A stretch of 64,000 nucleotides of DNA from Gammaproteobacteria bacterium (GCA_965222155.1 CBDCTH010000012.1:1024001-1088000); one strand, 5' to 3'; shown: positions 1-10,559, numbered from the stretch's first letter. The notes: generated from the sequence alone by a model not told the origin. Numbers and translations: made by a program.

Positions 1-206
1 GCGCAGTCATGGACGCCGGCGGCCGCGCCGCCACACTGGCCGCCGGCGCCATCTCGCTGACCTTTGCATTCGGACCGGCCTGCGGCGGTTTTATTGCGAC
101 CTGGTTCTCCTATGCTGCGATTGGCTGGTTTTCCTGTGCCTTGTGCCTGCTGGCAGCGCTGGCGTTTATCCTGGTCGAACCGGCTGATTTTTCGTACAGC
201 AGCTAA
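1..206 (+). CDS. MFS transporter, 3' end (partial; near-identical paralog of 25817..26956)
   Basis: nt 1-186 align almost exactly with 26757-26943; hydrophobic C-terminal helices. Confidence 0.8.
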   Translation, partial: AVMDAGGRAATLAAGAISLTFAFGPACGGFIATWFSYAAIGWFSCALCLLAALAFILVEPADFSYSS

Positions 207-295
207 TCGGGAATGTATACCGGAACATATTCCGATTGTGTCATCGTCGGGGCAGGCACGGCTGGTTTCATCATTGTTATTCCCCTGTTTCCATT

Positions 296-426
296 AATAA
301 ATATCGCCATCCATTGACGAATAAATCGTACCCTTGAAACCCGCTTCAATGATTTCGTCCCGGAGCCCTGTTCGTTTGAAACTCTCGGGGTTTACATAAT
401 TTTGCTCGTGTGCGAGCACGATTGCC
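296..426 (-). pseudogene. C-terminal gene fragment (possibly metallo-beta-lactamase fold) cut by an IS end
   Basis: Minus frame reads AIVLAHEQNYVNPESFKRTGLRDEIIEAGFKGTIYSSMDGDIY*; 5' part replaced by the IS end at 427. Confidence 0.35.
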
Positions 427-735
427 TGTTGTCAACAAATAGATTTGTCCGCTTCTGTAACAAATGAATTGTCCGCTTTTGTCTTCACACTGACACCATC
501 CAGAAGGACAGAGTCCGACAAGGATCGTCCAGTGCCGACTGTGCGGCGGACATTACGCGGCAGTCGGTAACTCATCGGCTATGACCTGTCCTTCGGCATC
601 GTACCTGGCCAAACGTCGCGGGCCATGAAATACACTCACTGTCTCATCCCAGAGCCTGCCCCTGCAGGACGTTGAGCAGGGGACGACAGACCTTCACCTT
701 GGTTTTGATGTAGTGATACCGATGCCGGTCGGTCC
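427..735 (-). mobile_element. IS481/ISNCY(IS1202-like) remnant: transposase C-terminus plus terminal repeat
   Basis: Minus strand encodes DRHRYHYIKTKVKVCR..WDETVSVFHGPRRLARYDAEG; end starts TGT with duplicated subterminal motif ACAAAT-N3/4-TTGTCCGCTT (435-478). Confidence 0.7.
653..681. repeat. Palindromic micro-insertion AGCCTGCCCCTG-N10-AGCAGGG (copy 1)
   Basis: Interrupts and frameshifts the transposase remnant; same element at 51430 and 54695. Confidence 0.8.
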
Positions 736-1076
736 TGCTGGTTGACTTTTCCATAGAAATTGTAACGCGTGTTCTGAAGTGTTCGAAAGTCCAGCACGGG
801 CATGTCTTCCTGTGGGATATTGATCCCGTCTATATGGAAGCGGTTACCAGGGCAAAAAGCGTTGACTTCCAGGATTTTGTGAGCGATTCCGATGTGTTCG
901 AGCATCTCGAAAGTACGCGCATGTACCGTAAATGCGCGGGTCGTACCAAGCGGGCTCTGCCTTTTTTCAATCCAGCGTACATCAATGCCACGACGCAGAA
1001 GTTCATTGGTGATGATTGTACCGGTCGGCCCTGCCCCTACTACCAGCACGTCACACTCGTTATTCGTTAACTTCAT
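733..1076 (-). pseudogene. FAD-dependent monooxygenase, N-terminal fragment truncated by IS
   Basis: DVLVVGAGPTG Rossmann motif and RA..V.ART.E.L motif; frame runs into IS sequence after VNQQD. Confidence 0.8.
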
Positions 1077-1271
1077 GTTTATCTCCGGCAAATTGCAAAA
1101 ACAATGTGTCGAATTATGGTGCTGTTATAAAAAAGATCAAGGAAAGGAAAATCAATCCGCGTCGTTGCCATTCCGAAGTTGTGTATTTGGGTTGGAAGAT
1201 GCGTCATCATATAGTTAAACTGATGTTTAACGGCTGAGTCCAGTGCAGCAAAAAACAACTGATTTTTAATT

Positions 1272-2075
1272 ATGCCTCTGCTTATCGGCAATCAGACCGT
1301 TCCTGATCACATGCTGGGTTGCTGGCGCCGGCGTTATATCCGGTTTGAAGATGGCACTGAGGATACAAGCACCCGTGTCATCTGGCTACAGACACCTTCC
1401 GGTTTGGTCGATATGCGCATCAGTGCTGAACGGCCTGACTTTTCCGATCGCCTGCAATTGTCGGATTGCAGTGATGATGAATTGATCGCATTGGCTGAGC
1501 AGGATTGTGCCTGTGGTGTAACTGTTGTGGATGAAACTGCGACGCCATATCCGACAGCAACATGGGAGGGTGGTGATTCCGGCTTCATGCAACAGCCTGT
1601 GATTAACTTTCCGGAAGATGGCTGGTTCGAATGGAAAGAGGAGGGTACCTGCATGCTGGAATATGCACCCAGTGGCGCCTATGTGGAAGACTGGCGATTA
1701 CAGGACAACTCCCAGGATTTCGCCATACATTTGCTTTGCCGGGACAGCGCAACTACAACGAACCTCTATGTTGCCGGTGCACATGCCGTGCTGGCCGTTG
1801 ATCGCTCAATAGTGATTGGTCAGGAACGACCATTGCAGGAAATTGTTTCTGAAAATATAGCTGACCGTGACAGTGTTTACGCTTATCTTGACACGGAATT
1901 CTCCTACGCCAGGTGTGAAGACAGTAATGAATATGAAATCGTCCTGTCGAACCTGCCCTGGAGAGAAGGTCAAGTTTTGCCTCTTCAATGGTTATTGGAC
2001 TCGGATAATGATGCAGTTGTAATTTCGGATAGTAGTGGACGCGAATGGGACGTCATCAGTTATTGCTCAAGTTAG
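1272..2075 (+). CDS. Hypothetical acidic protein, first gene of a Rieske-MFS-Rieske operon
   Basis: 267-aa ORF co-directional and closely spaced with the downstream oxygenase. Confidence 0.7.
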   Translation: MPLLIGNQTVPDHMLGCWRRRYIRFEDGTEDTSTRVIWLQTPSGLVDMRISAERPDFSDRLQLSDCSDDELIALAEQDCACGVTVVDETATPYPTATWEGGDSGFMQQPVINFPEDGWFEWKEEGTCMLEYAPSGAYVEDWRLQDNSQDFAIHLLCRDSATTTNLYVAGAHAVLAVDRSIVIGQERPLQEIVSENIADRDSVYAYLDTEFSYARCEDSNEYEIVLSNLPWREGQVLPLQWLLDSDNDAVVISDSSGREWDVISYCSS

Positions 2076-2095
2076 AATTAAAATTTGAATTAACA

Positions 2096-3238
2096 ATGAA
2101 AGACCTGCTGAACAAACTGGCAGAAGCCACAGCCGTGGATTTCGAGCATGCCACCAGCATGCCGCCGGAGATCTATTATTCAACAGATCTTCTTGATCTC
2201 GAAATTGAAGATATCTTCAAGAAGGAATGGATATGCATCGGGCGCACTGCTGAGATCCCTGACACAGGCGACTACCTGACTTTCGAACTCCTCGATCAGT
2301 CTGTGATAGCAATTCGACAAAAAGATGCATCAATCAAAGTGTTTGCCAACGTCTATGCACACCGCTGTGCAAAATTACTGGAAGACTACGGGAATTCAAG
2401 CCTCATCGTATGCCCCTACCATGCCTGGTCCTATCAAACTGATGGACAATTAATTGCAGCTCCCTACATGGATCAAACGCCTGGCTTCAACGTAACAGAC
2501 TATCATCTCAAGGAAGTACTCTGGGAAGTGTGGCACGGTTATATCTACATCACATTAAACCAGGATGCCGTTTCCGTTTCGGAACGTCTTGCCGGTTTTG
2601 AAAAAGTAATAGGGCGTTATCAAATTGAAAACTACGTCCATGCCTTCACCTGTGATGTCGTATGGCCCGCCAACTGGAAGTGCTTTATTGAAAATTACAT
2701 GGACGCCTATCATATTTTTAAAGTGCACAAGGACACTTTTGGCAAGTATGGCTCGGCAGAGGAAGCAACCACCATGCATGATGGCGATGATAACTTTACC
2801 TATCACCTGGTGGATATCGGCTTACAAACACAAAATACCCCTGATGCAGCGATAGGCATTGCCCATCCGGACAACAAACACCTGGACGGAAGCTGGCGCA
2901 CACTGACAGTCCTGGGCTGTGTATTCCCGGCCCATACCATGCAGTTACAACCGGACATGCTCTGGTACGTGACCGTACAGCCACACGGCGTCGGCCATTT
3001 TCGTATGCGTTGGTCTGTCTCCATACCACCGGAGATAATGAACGGCATTGATAACCCTGAACAGTACATTGAAGAAACACGCGAGTTACTGATTGCGGTA
3101 AACACTGAAGATGAAGGTATTATTCGCAAGGTCTTTCAGGGAGCAAAGTCCAATCAGGCCACGCCCGGTCCCTACGCCTACCTGGAAAGAAACGTATTCC
3201 ATTTCGGCCGGTATCTGGCGAGACGATTGACAAAATAA
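2096..3238 (+). CDS. Rieske non-heme iron oxygenase alpha subunit (choline monooxygenase/CntA-like); first Rieske Cys replaced by Tyr
   Basis: NVYAHR...CPYHAWSY Rieske region; NWK..ENYMDAYH..VH mononuclear Fe motif. Confidence 0.88.
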   Translation: MKDLLNKLAEATAVDFEHATSMPPEIYYSTDLLDLEIEDIFKKEWICIGRTAEIPDTGDYLTFELLDQSVIAIRQKDASIKVFANVYAHRCAKLLEDYGNSSLIVCPYHAWSYQTDGQLIAAPYMDQTPGFNVTDYHLKEVLWEVWHGYIYITLNQDAVSVSERLAGFEKVIGRYQIENYVHAFTCDVVWPANWKCFIENYMDAYHIFKVHKDTFGKYGSAEEATTMHDGDDNFTYHLVDIGLQTQNTPDAAIGIAHPDNKHLDGSWRTLTVLGCVFPAHTMQLQPDMLWYVTVQPHGVGHFRMRWSVSIPPEIMNGIDNPEQYIEETRELLIAVNTEDEGIIRKVFQGAKSNQATPGPYAYLERNVFHFGRYLARRLTK

Positions 3239-3295
3239 TATTGAAAAAACGACGCTGGGTCATTGAATAAAAAATCCCAATGCCAGACAAGTCTG

Positions 3296-4423
3296 ATGTC
3301 ATTCAATCCTGATCGCCCTTCATCGATATTCGCCTATGCCTATACTTCTGGCGTAGGTGTTGCGATATTGATGTTTGGGCCAATCATTATCGGCGCCTAC
3401 GTTGACATCGAAGGCATGACGGAAATGCAGGCCGGTTATCTCTTTTCCCTAGAAATGGCGGGTTATGCGCTCAGTTCGGCGATTGTGTTTGCCATCATCA
3501 CCCGTGTTAACTGGCGTCATATCCTGTTTGCCGGTGTGTTCACCGTCGTATTGAGCAATATCACCTCGATTTATTTACACGATTACGCTGAGCTGGCTGG
3601 ATTCAGGTTCTTGGCGGGACTCGGCGCCGGTCTGTTAATGAATGTCACCATGGTTTCTATTGGCCTGACCACAAATTTTGACCGTAACTATGGCTTCTGG
3701 GCGGTGATGCAGTTAACGATCGGCGCTGCGGGACTGTATGTATTGCCCGGTCTGATACCCGCATATGGTCTTGCTGCACCCTTCCTTACCGTCACTGTTC
3801 TTGCGTTGCTGGTATTACCCCTGGTAACAAGCTTCCCCCGCCATGGCAGAACTGCCGGTGCTGCACCGAATAAAAATTACAAACTGTTCCTCGGCCTCAC
3901 AGGACTGCTGGGTATATTTATTTACTATGGTGGGCAGGCAGCAGTATGGGCGTATTTCGAGCGCATAGGTATGGATGCGGGCATCGAACCCGACAGTGTG
4001 GGAAGTGTTCTATCGGCCTCCCTGGTGCTGGGTATCCTTGGTGCGGCCCTGGCCACCTGGCTTGGGGATAGACGGGGTCGCCGCCTTCCAGTCGTTGCAA
4101 GTATGATATGTTCAGCAATCGGTATCAGTTTCCTGTGGGGTATGCAATCCGTTTATCCCTATATCATCGCAGCATGCCTGTTTAACGCGGCCTGGTACTT
4201 TTGCCTTCCTTATCTATCAGCGATCATCGCCAATATTGATTCAAACGGTCGATTGTTGATAGGACTGTCAGTTGTGTTCCCGTCAGCACTGGCCGCAGGT
4301 CCGGCACTGGCAACGTACGTACTGGATGGTGCGGGTTACGGTCCGGTACTCCGGATAGGCTTGCTATCATTACCCATCGGACTGATAATTATGTGGAAAG
4401 CCGCCGGGAGGCACAGCGTATGA
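3296..4423 (+). CDS. MFS transporter
   Basis: About 12 hydrophobic segments; WLGDRRGRR loop motif. Confidence 0.88.
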   Translation: MSFNPDRPSSIFAYAYTSGVGVAILMFGPIIIGAYVDIEGMTEMQAGYLFSLEMAGYALSSAIVFAIITRVNWRHILFAGVFTVVLSNITSIYLHDYAELAGFRFLAGLGAGLLMNVTMVSIGLTTNFDRNYGFWAVMQLTIGAAGLYVLPGLIPAYGLAAPFLTVTVLALLVLPLVTSFPRHGRTAGAAPNKNYKLFLGLTGLLGIFIYYGGQAAVWAYFERIGMDAGIEPDSVGSVLSASLVLGILGAALATWLGDRRGRRLPVVASMICSAIGISFLWGMQSVYPYIIAACLFNAAWYFCLPYLSAIIANIDSNGRLLIGLSVVFPSALAAGPALATYVLDGAGYGPVLRIGLLSLPIGLIIMWKAAGRHSV

Positions 4424-5601
4424 CCCTGACACGTAATCAGTTCGTGACACCGGAACAACTCGCCAAACTCAGCCTGCCTTTGGAAGAGGCCTATAACCTG
4501 CCTCGGGCCGCCTATGTGTCAGAGCATATTTTCAAACAGGAAGCAGAACAATTGTTCCTGACACACTGGGTCAACGTGGCCCACGTCAGTCAGGTGCCGA
4601 ATCCCGGTGATTATCTATGTGTCGATGTATTTGACTATCCCCTGGTGCTGACGCGCGATAACAATAATGGCATTCACCTCATGTCCCGGGTCTGCCAGCA
4701 CAAGGGAACACTGGTTGCCGAAGGCAGTGGTAATGCAAAACTGTTCGTTTGCCCTTTCCATGCCTGGTCCTATGAACTCGATGGCCGGTTGAGAGCGGCG
4801 CCATTAATGGATAAGGCCAAAAACTTTGATCGTAAGAACTGTCGTCTGAGGGAAATGCGCACCGAGATATGGGAAGGATTTATATTCGTCAATATCAGTG
4901 GCGATGCGGAACCGCTGCATACCCAGTTGACGGATTTACAAAAAATATTGGCGAACTGGCAAATGGCCGGCCTGGTCCCGGCGCATGACGCCTTTTATTA
5001 TGATCAACGCCAGAACTGGAAAATCAATTCAGAATCATTTCTTGAGGCCTACCATCATCTCGGCGCCCATGTAAAAACGTTTCAGCCCACCTATCCGGCC
5101 GCCAACTCTTATCCCATAGCAAGCACGGGCAGGTATTCGGTCCTCAGCTTTGGTCCAGCACAGGCCGCATCGGCAACCAATATCGACGGTGGCATGGACC
5201 TGCCGTTTATTGAAACTCTCGGTGAAGCCGAACGGCTGGAACCCATGGTGGTGTTCGTCTGGCCTAATCTGCTGCTGGGAATTGGCGCCGACCAGGTCGC
5301 TTATTACCGGTTAATGCCGACTTCTGCAGAAAGTCATGATCTCTGGTTGAATGACCTGATGCCGCGCAGCACGGTTGAAGACCCGGCACTCGAACAGGCG
5401 ATCCGGGATCGTGTTCAATGGGCGCGCTCTGTTCACGAGAGTGACGACATGCCCGCTTTTGCACGTTGCCAGTCCGGTATTCGCAGCCCGTTTTATGCTC
5501 AAGGCAGATTGTCCGTCCCTTACGAACGTTGCCTCTGGGAGTTTAACCAATGGTGGGCGGAACGACTTGGTGAGCGAATCCTGGAAGGGCACACATCTTG
5601 A
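4420..5601 (+). CDS. Rieske non-heme iron oxygenase alpha subunit
   Basis: CQH...CPFHAWSY; NWKINSESFLEAYHHLGAH; ATGA overlap with the MFS stop. Confidence 0.9.
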   Translation: MTLTRNQFVTPEQLAKLSLPLEEAYNLPRAAYVSEHIFKQEAEQLFLTHWVNVAHVSQVPNPGDYLCVDVFDYPLVLTRDNNNGIHLMSRVCQHKGTLVAEGSGNAKLFVCPFHAWSYELDGRLRAAPLMDKAKNFDRKNCRLREMRTEIWEGFIFVNISGDAEPLHTQLTDLQKILANWQMAGLVPAHDAFYYDQRQNWKINSESFLEAYHHLGAHVKTFQPTYPAANSYPIASTGRYSVLSFGPAQAASATNIDGGMDLPFIETLGEAERLEPMVVFVWPNLLLGIGADQVAYYRLMPTSAESHDLWLNDLMPRSTVEDPALEQAIRDRVQWARSVHESDDMPAFARCQSGIRSPFYAQGRLSVPYERCLWEFNQWWAERLGERILEGHTS

Positions 5602-5626
5602 AAACCGGATGTAATTACATTATGCT
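5598..5626 (+). promoter_or_regulatory. Sigma70-like promoter with palindromic operator for the mazEF-like TA operon
   Basis: TTGAAA-17 bp-TATGCT with perfect palindrome ATGTAATTACAT (5609-5620) in the spacer. Confidence 0.6.
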
Positions 5627-5661
5627 TACTTAAAGTCGTTTAATGTACAAGGATCAAAATC

Positions 5662-5916
5662 ATGGTTCACTTAGTTAAAATTGGTAATTCGCAGGGTATC
5701 AGGATTCCGAAACCACTCGTAGAACAAGCTCAGCTGGAAGGGAAAGAGCTTAAATTACAGGTAGTCAGCAACGGTCTCCTGGTTACTCCGAATAACAGGG
5801 CCAGAGAAGGCTGGAAAGAATCCATTGAGGCAGCAATAGCTGCACATGGTGTTGAAGTAATAGATAATGCATGGCTGGATGCAACATTAACATCCGATGA
5901 AGAATTGGAATGGTAA
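5662..5916 (+). CDS. mazE: AbrB/MazE family antitoxin
   Basis: LVKIGNSQGIRIPK swapped-hairpin motif; overlaps the toxin. Confidence 0.88.
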   Translation: MVHLVKIGNSQGIRIPKPLVEQAQLEGKELKLQVVSNGLLVTPNNRAREGWKESIEAAIAAHGVEVIDNAWLDATLTSDEELEW

Positions 5917-6239
5917 TGCCTGAAATTGCCCGCTTCCAGATCTGGCTCATAAAGCTTACTCCGACCCAGGGCAGGGAAGTCGGTAAAACAAGGCCATGTA
6001 TCGTGATTTCACCCAATGAAATGGCTGCATTATCTACTGTGCTGGTAGCTCCAATGACAACAAAGGGGTTTCATTTATCCTGTCGAGTCAGGTGTGAATT
6101 TCAAGGGAAGGAAGGGATGATCCTCCTTGATCAAATCAGGGCGGTTGATAAATCACGGTTAGTAAAAAAACTGGGTGTTATTGATGAGACTGCTCAGAAG
6201 GAGTCGTGTAGGCGCCTCCAGGAGTTATTTGCGTACTAA
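5910..6239 (+). CDS. mazF: PemK/MazF family toxin
   Basis: P..G.E..KTRPCIVISP...VAPMTT...DQIRAVDKSRL. Confidence 0.92.
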   Translation: MVMPEIARFQIWLIKLTPTQGREVGKTRPCIVISPNEMAALSTVLVAPMTTKGFHLSCRVRCEFQGKEGMILLDQIRAVDKSRLVKKLGVIDETAQKESCRRLQELFAY

Positions 6240-6365
6240 ACGGGTGGTTTCAGGCCGTGACTACCCATACCGATGGCATGGTTAACAGTTTATACCGGAG
6301 ACCTTGCTAACACTTTCGCCATGAAGGGATTACCTGTCAGGGAAGTTTGCGCTATACTTTCTCAC

Positions 6366-6719
6366 ATGAGTAAATGTAACCGGCTAATGCTGTTTATTAC
6401 GCTATTCTCACTCGTCTTCCAGGTCCCCGCAGGCGTATTTGAATTTTGTTCCCAGACTTCCCGCGAGAACTCCCGGTTTGAAAACCAAAAAGACGTAACA
6501 AATATAACAGTGAATTGTCACCAGGCCGAGGCCGACAGGAACAACTCTACTGAAACCTGCGTTGCCCAGCATTGCTGTATCGGCGCCGGCGTCTCCGCCA
6601 TGTTCCAACTTGATGGCACCGGGCCGAATACCAATAGTACGCTTATCGCTTACTTTGGTAACGCCTACCCTTATTCTCGTCTGGACAGTATTTTCCATCC
6701 CCCAAAACTTCTCCTGTAG
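6366..6719 (+). CDS. Small Cys/His-rich exported metal-binding protein (CopL/DUF2946-like)
   Basis: N-terminal hydrophobic helix, CH and HCC motifs, C-terminal HPP; upstream of the multicopper oxidase. Confidence 0.55.
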   Translation: MSKCNRLMLFITLFSLVFQVPAGVFEFCSQTSRENSRFENQKDVTNITVNCHQAEADRNNSTETCVAQHCCIGAGVSAMFQLDGTGPNTNSTLIAYFGNAYPYSRLDSIFHPPKLLL

Positions 6720-6854
6720 CTCGTCTGTCTCAACAGAGAGTGCGGGCAGCTCTGTTTGATCCGGACGCGTATCCCTTGCGGGGGATATGCCGGGTCAATC
6801 CTGTATGGCCTTTGCGTATGGGGTCGACCTGTTACATATACAGGGACATAATTT

Positions 6855-8875
6855 ATGCACAAGTTTTTGTTATCCGTACTGCTATGGCACATCCTGTCTG
6901 TGCCGGGCAGGGCTATGGCTGATATGGTCAGTCATGAGTTTGATATCGACTACCTGGATGTCAACGTTACCGGCAAACCGGTGCGTGCCATGGTGATCGA
7001 TGGCAACATTCCCGGCCCGACGATACAGGCAAACCTGAATGACACGCTTAAAATTACCTTTAATAACCGGATGGACGTCGAGACTTCCATCCACTGGCAT
7101 GGTGTTCTCCTGCCGAACGATCAGGATGGCGTGCCGTACCTGACAACAGCGCCGATTGCAGCCGGAGGATCGTTAACCTTTGAATACCCCGTCACCCATT
7201 CCGGCACCTACTGGTATCACGCCCACACCGGCTTGCAGGAGCAGCGGGACTTTATGGCGCGCTGGTATTTCGCAACCCGGCAGAGACCTATCATTACGAT
7301 ATGGAACTGGTACTGGTCTTGTCGGATTGGACCGATGAACACCCGGGAACGGTGCTGAGGAATCTCAAACGTGAAGCTGATTATTATGCGCTGAAAAAAA
7401 ATACCGTCCAGTCCTGGCAGGGTGTGATGCAAAACGGCAGACAGGCGCTGAAAAACAGGATCAATGGTGCCTTGATACGTATGGGTACCATGGACCTTTC
7501 CGACGTAGGTTATGATGCGTTCCTGATTAATGGAAAACAAAGCCTGCATAATACTGAAATCAGACCGGGCGAACGGGTCAGGCTCAGGATAATCAATGCT
7601 TCGGCTTCCAGTTATTTTCACGTCGAGTTCAGCGGTGGCGACATGACCCTGATAGAGGCGGACGGCGTGGCCGTCGTGGAGAGGGCGATGGAGAGGTTGC
7701 GGCTGGCAACGGCTGAAACCTATGACGTAATCATTGAGATGCGCGCCGATAAACGTTATGAGCTGCGGGCAACGGCGGAAGACGGCTCAGGGTATGCCTC
7801 CTATTACCTGGGTTCGGGTGAACCGGTTCCCGTTCTCCCTGCGATGAAATCCAATCTTTACCTGGTGGGGCATGAAAGCCATAGTCGCAGGCGCGGTAAA
7901 ACAGTTCACGCTGACCGGCATGGTTCCATGCACGGTACCAGCGAATATGCCGGTTTGAGGGCGAAAAACCCGACTTCTTTTGATGCGGAACGGAAAACCA
8001 GGGAAATAGCCCTGCGGTTAACCGGGAGCATGGATAGATATACCTGGTCGTTTGATGATAAAACCCTGACCGAGGTCGACAAGATCAGGATCAAAAAGGG
8101 TGAGGTTGTACGTTTCAAGTTAATCAATGAGACGATGATGCACCATCCCATCCATTTGCATGGCCATTTCTTCCGGGTACTGAATGGTGAGCATGATTAC
8201 GCGCCGTTAAAACATACGGTCAATGTGCCACCATTGGATACGGTCATTATTGAATTCGCCGCTGACGAGGAAAAGGACTGGTTTTTCCATTGTCACAACC
8301 TGTATCACATGAAGAGCGGCATGGCGCGGGTGGTGAGTTATCTGCCTGCCGGGGAAGATGATTATCGCAATTCAAGGTACTACCGGTATCAGGTTAAAAA
8401 CGACGATCCCTGGTATCACTTTGCAGATACGTCGTTTCAATCCCAGATGATGGCCGGACGGTTATGGGCGTACAACCGGCGCAATGGTGTTGAGGTGGCG
8501 TATGACTACGATTACGACGCTGAATACGATGTTGAGGTAAGCTACCAACGGCAAATAACGCGCTTCTTTTCCCTGTATGCAGGCGCCAACTTTGAACGGG
8601 ACGACACCGGTACCGACGACCTTGTAGTAGCGGGGGTAAACTACACGCTGCCGCTGTTGATCGATTCAGAGTTGCGCATCGACAGCGATGGTCATTTCCG
8701 CCTGGAGTTGGAAAGCGCCCTGCAGTTGACCGATCGGCTTCGATTTAATTGGAACTGGAATACCGACGCTGAGTACCGGGTTCGGTTTTCCTATGAAATC
8801 AATAAGAAAATGGCCATTACCGCTGGCTATGATTCAGATTTCAAGTCCGGGGCTGGGTTTGAGTATCGATATTAA
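6855..8875 (+). pseudogene. copA: CopA-like multicopper oxidase with C-terminal beta-barrel-like extension, frameshifted near 7247
   Basis: HWHG and WYHAH in ORF 6855..7358; HPIHLHGH and HCHNLYHM in ORF 7301..8875; adding one G restores QRGLYG. Confidence 0.82.
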
Positions 8876-8954
8876 AGCGGCCGGGCCGATTTAATTCCTC
8901 GCTGGTTTTCTGGATGCCGTCCCGGGTTGCAGGGTTACCGATAGACACGGGTCA

Positions 8955-9275
8955 TTATTGGTTTGCTACCACATCGCCACCGGCCCGGTTATCCACCAGG
9001 ACCAGGATATCAAGGTAGGTAATCGTTGGTTCCACACCAAAGGCATCTCGGAAGCGCTGAATAAATGCTGGAGAAAAAAATTCTTCCGCCCGTGCTTGGG
9101 ATTCCCAAAGGTAGACGGAATGACCATTACCCGTGGTCTCATCGTAGCAAAATTGCTTGCTCAGTAATCCTGGCAGGTCCTTGAAGATGTTATTGGCGGC
9201 GCCGATAAACTGTTCCAGAATTACCGCGCGGGGTGGCTTACCGGGTAAGTGATAAGTAACTAAAACCGTTTTCAT
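8955..9275 (-). CDS. YdhR-like dimeric alpha/beta-barrel putative monooxygenase
   Basis: PGLLSK.F...G..VYLWES...AE.F pattern. Confidence 0.7.
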   Translation of the reverse strand: MKTVLVTYHLPGKPPRAVILEQFIGAANNIFKDLPGLLSKQFCYDETTGNGHSVYLWESQARAEEFFSPAFIQRFRDAFGVEPTITYLDILVLVDNRAGGDVVANQ

Positions 9276-9647
9276 AAATTATCTCCGTTTGTGTTTTCTC
9301 TATCAGGTTACTCGATGGATATCGCTGACCTCGTGACACGCCTTAACAGTTTAAGATATTCCGAATACGGACTGTGCGCAAGAGGAATATTTGTTGCCTT
9401 TTTTGCTTTGCATCATGAATTCACAAGCCCGCTTCAGCCCAGGTAAGAAAAAACACGTTCATTGCGATCTCAAATGCAACGTACGGATTAGAAAAATCGG
9501 TGTCTTTGTTCAGGGTGCTTCCGTATTTGAGCTATTCGGCTTCATGGGTGATGCTCTCGGTTGATGTTCCGAAGAAGGTTGAACTTGATATATTTCAGTG
9601 ATTCTATTATTCTCTATAACGTTTAGCCAACACAGGAGTAAGTCATC

Positions 9648-10403
9648 ATGGAAAACGAACCGCATCGAGAACCCGCCACCCCCGAAGAAATCTGGAATAT
9701 TCTGCGAGCCGTATCGGAGGAGCAAAAAAAAGCATCCCACGAGACGGAGGATATCAAAAAGCAGATAAAGGCTACAGGCAAGCAGTTGGAAGAAACCTGC
9801 AAGGTGATAAAGGAGGCCGGTGAACAGATAAAGGAAACAGACCGGCAGATGAAGGAAACTGACCGAAGGATGGACAAGCGGCTGAAAGACACTGACCAAC
9901 GGCTAAAGGACACTGACCAACGGCTAAAGGACACTGACCAGCAGCTAAAGGACACTGACCGACGACTGAAAAAGCTGGATGAGTTGTTTACCAGTCAGTG
10001 GGGTAAACTGGTGGAGAGTCTGGTGGAGGGTGACCTGATTCCCTTGTTGCAGCAACAAGGGATAAAAGTGCTGACGACACATCCCACAGTGAAGGGCCGA
10101 CGTCATGGCGAGCATTATGAGTATGACATTCTGGCGGCGAACGGTGAGGAAGTGGTGGTCGTGGAAGTCAAGACCACGCTACGGGCGGGGGACGTGACGC
10201 ATTTTCTGGAGAAGCTGGATAGATTCACGGGTTGGGTGCCGGAATTCAAAGGGCGGAAGGTTTTAGGCGCAGTGGCGTACCTGAAGGTGGATCATTCCGT
10301 GGAGGTATATGCAGAGCGACAGGGATTGTATGTCATCCGGGCCACCGGGAGCAGCGCCAGCATCATCAACCAAGCAGGTTTTCGGCCCAGAGTGTTCTGC
10401 TGA
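9648..10403 (+). CDS. Coiled-coil repeat protein with C-terminal PD-(D/E)XK-like domain (DUF3782-like)
   Basis: KETDRQ/KDTDQR heptads; WGKLVE...EYDILA.NG..VVVVEVKTTL. Confidence 0.8.
   Translation: MENEPHREPATPEEIWNILRAVSEEQKKASHETEDIKKQIKATGKQLEETCKVIKEAGEQIKETDRQMKETDRRMDKRLKDTDQRLKDTDQRLKDTDQQLKDTDRRLKKLDELFTSQWGKLVESLVEGDLIPLLQQQGIKVLTTHPTVKGRRHGEHYEYDILAANGEEVVVVEVKTTLRAGDVTHFLEKLDRFTGWVPEFKGRKVLGAVAYLKVDHSVEVYAERQGLYVIRATGSSASIINQAGFRPRVFC
9882..9965 (+). repeat. In-frame 21-bp tandem repeat x4 (LKDTDQR)
   Basis: CTRAARGACACTGACCRRCRR repeated four times. Confidence 0.9.
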
Positions 10404-10559
10404 TTGGCTAATTATACGGGTATATGTGAAATTAGGAACAGGTCACAGTCTGGTAGTTGGTTGTTGGAGTAGGGTGTGCCTCTTTCACTGACGGTGAATG
10501 AAAACTGAACGAGGAAGTGATGGTAAAAGGGGTCAGAGACTGAAGGATTCCCACGAAAT

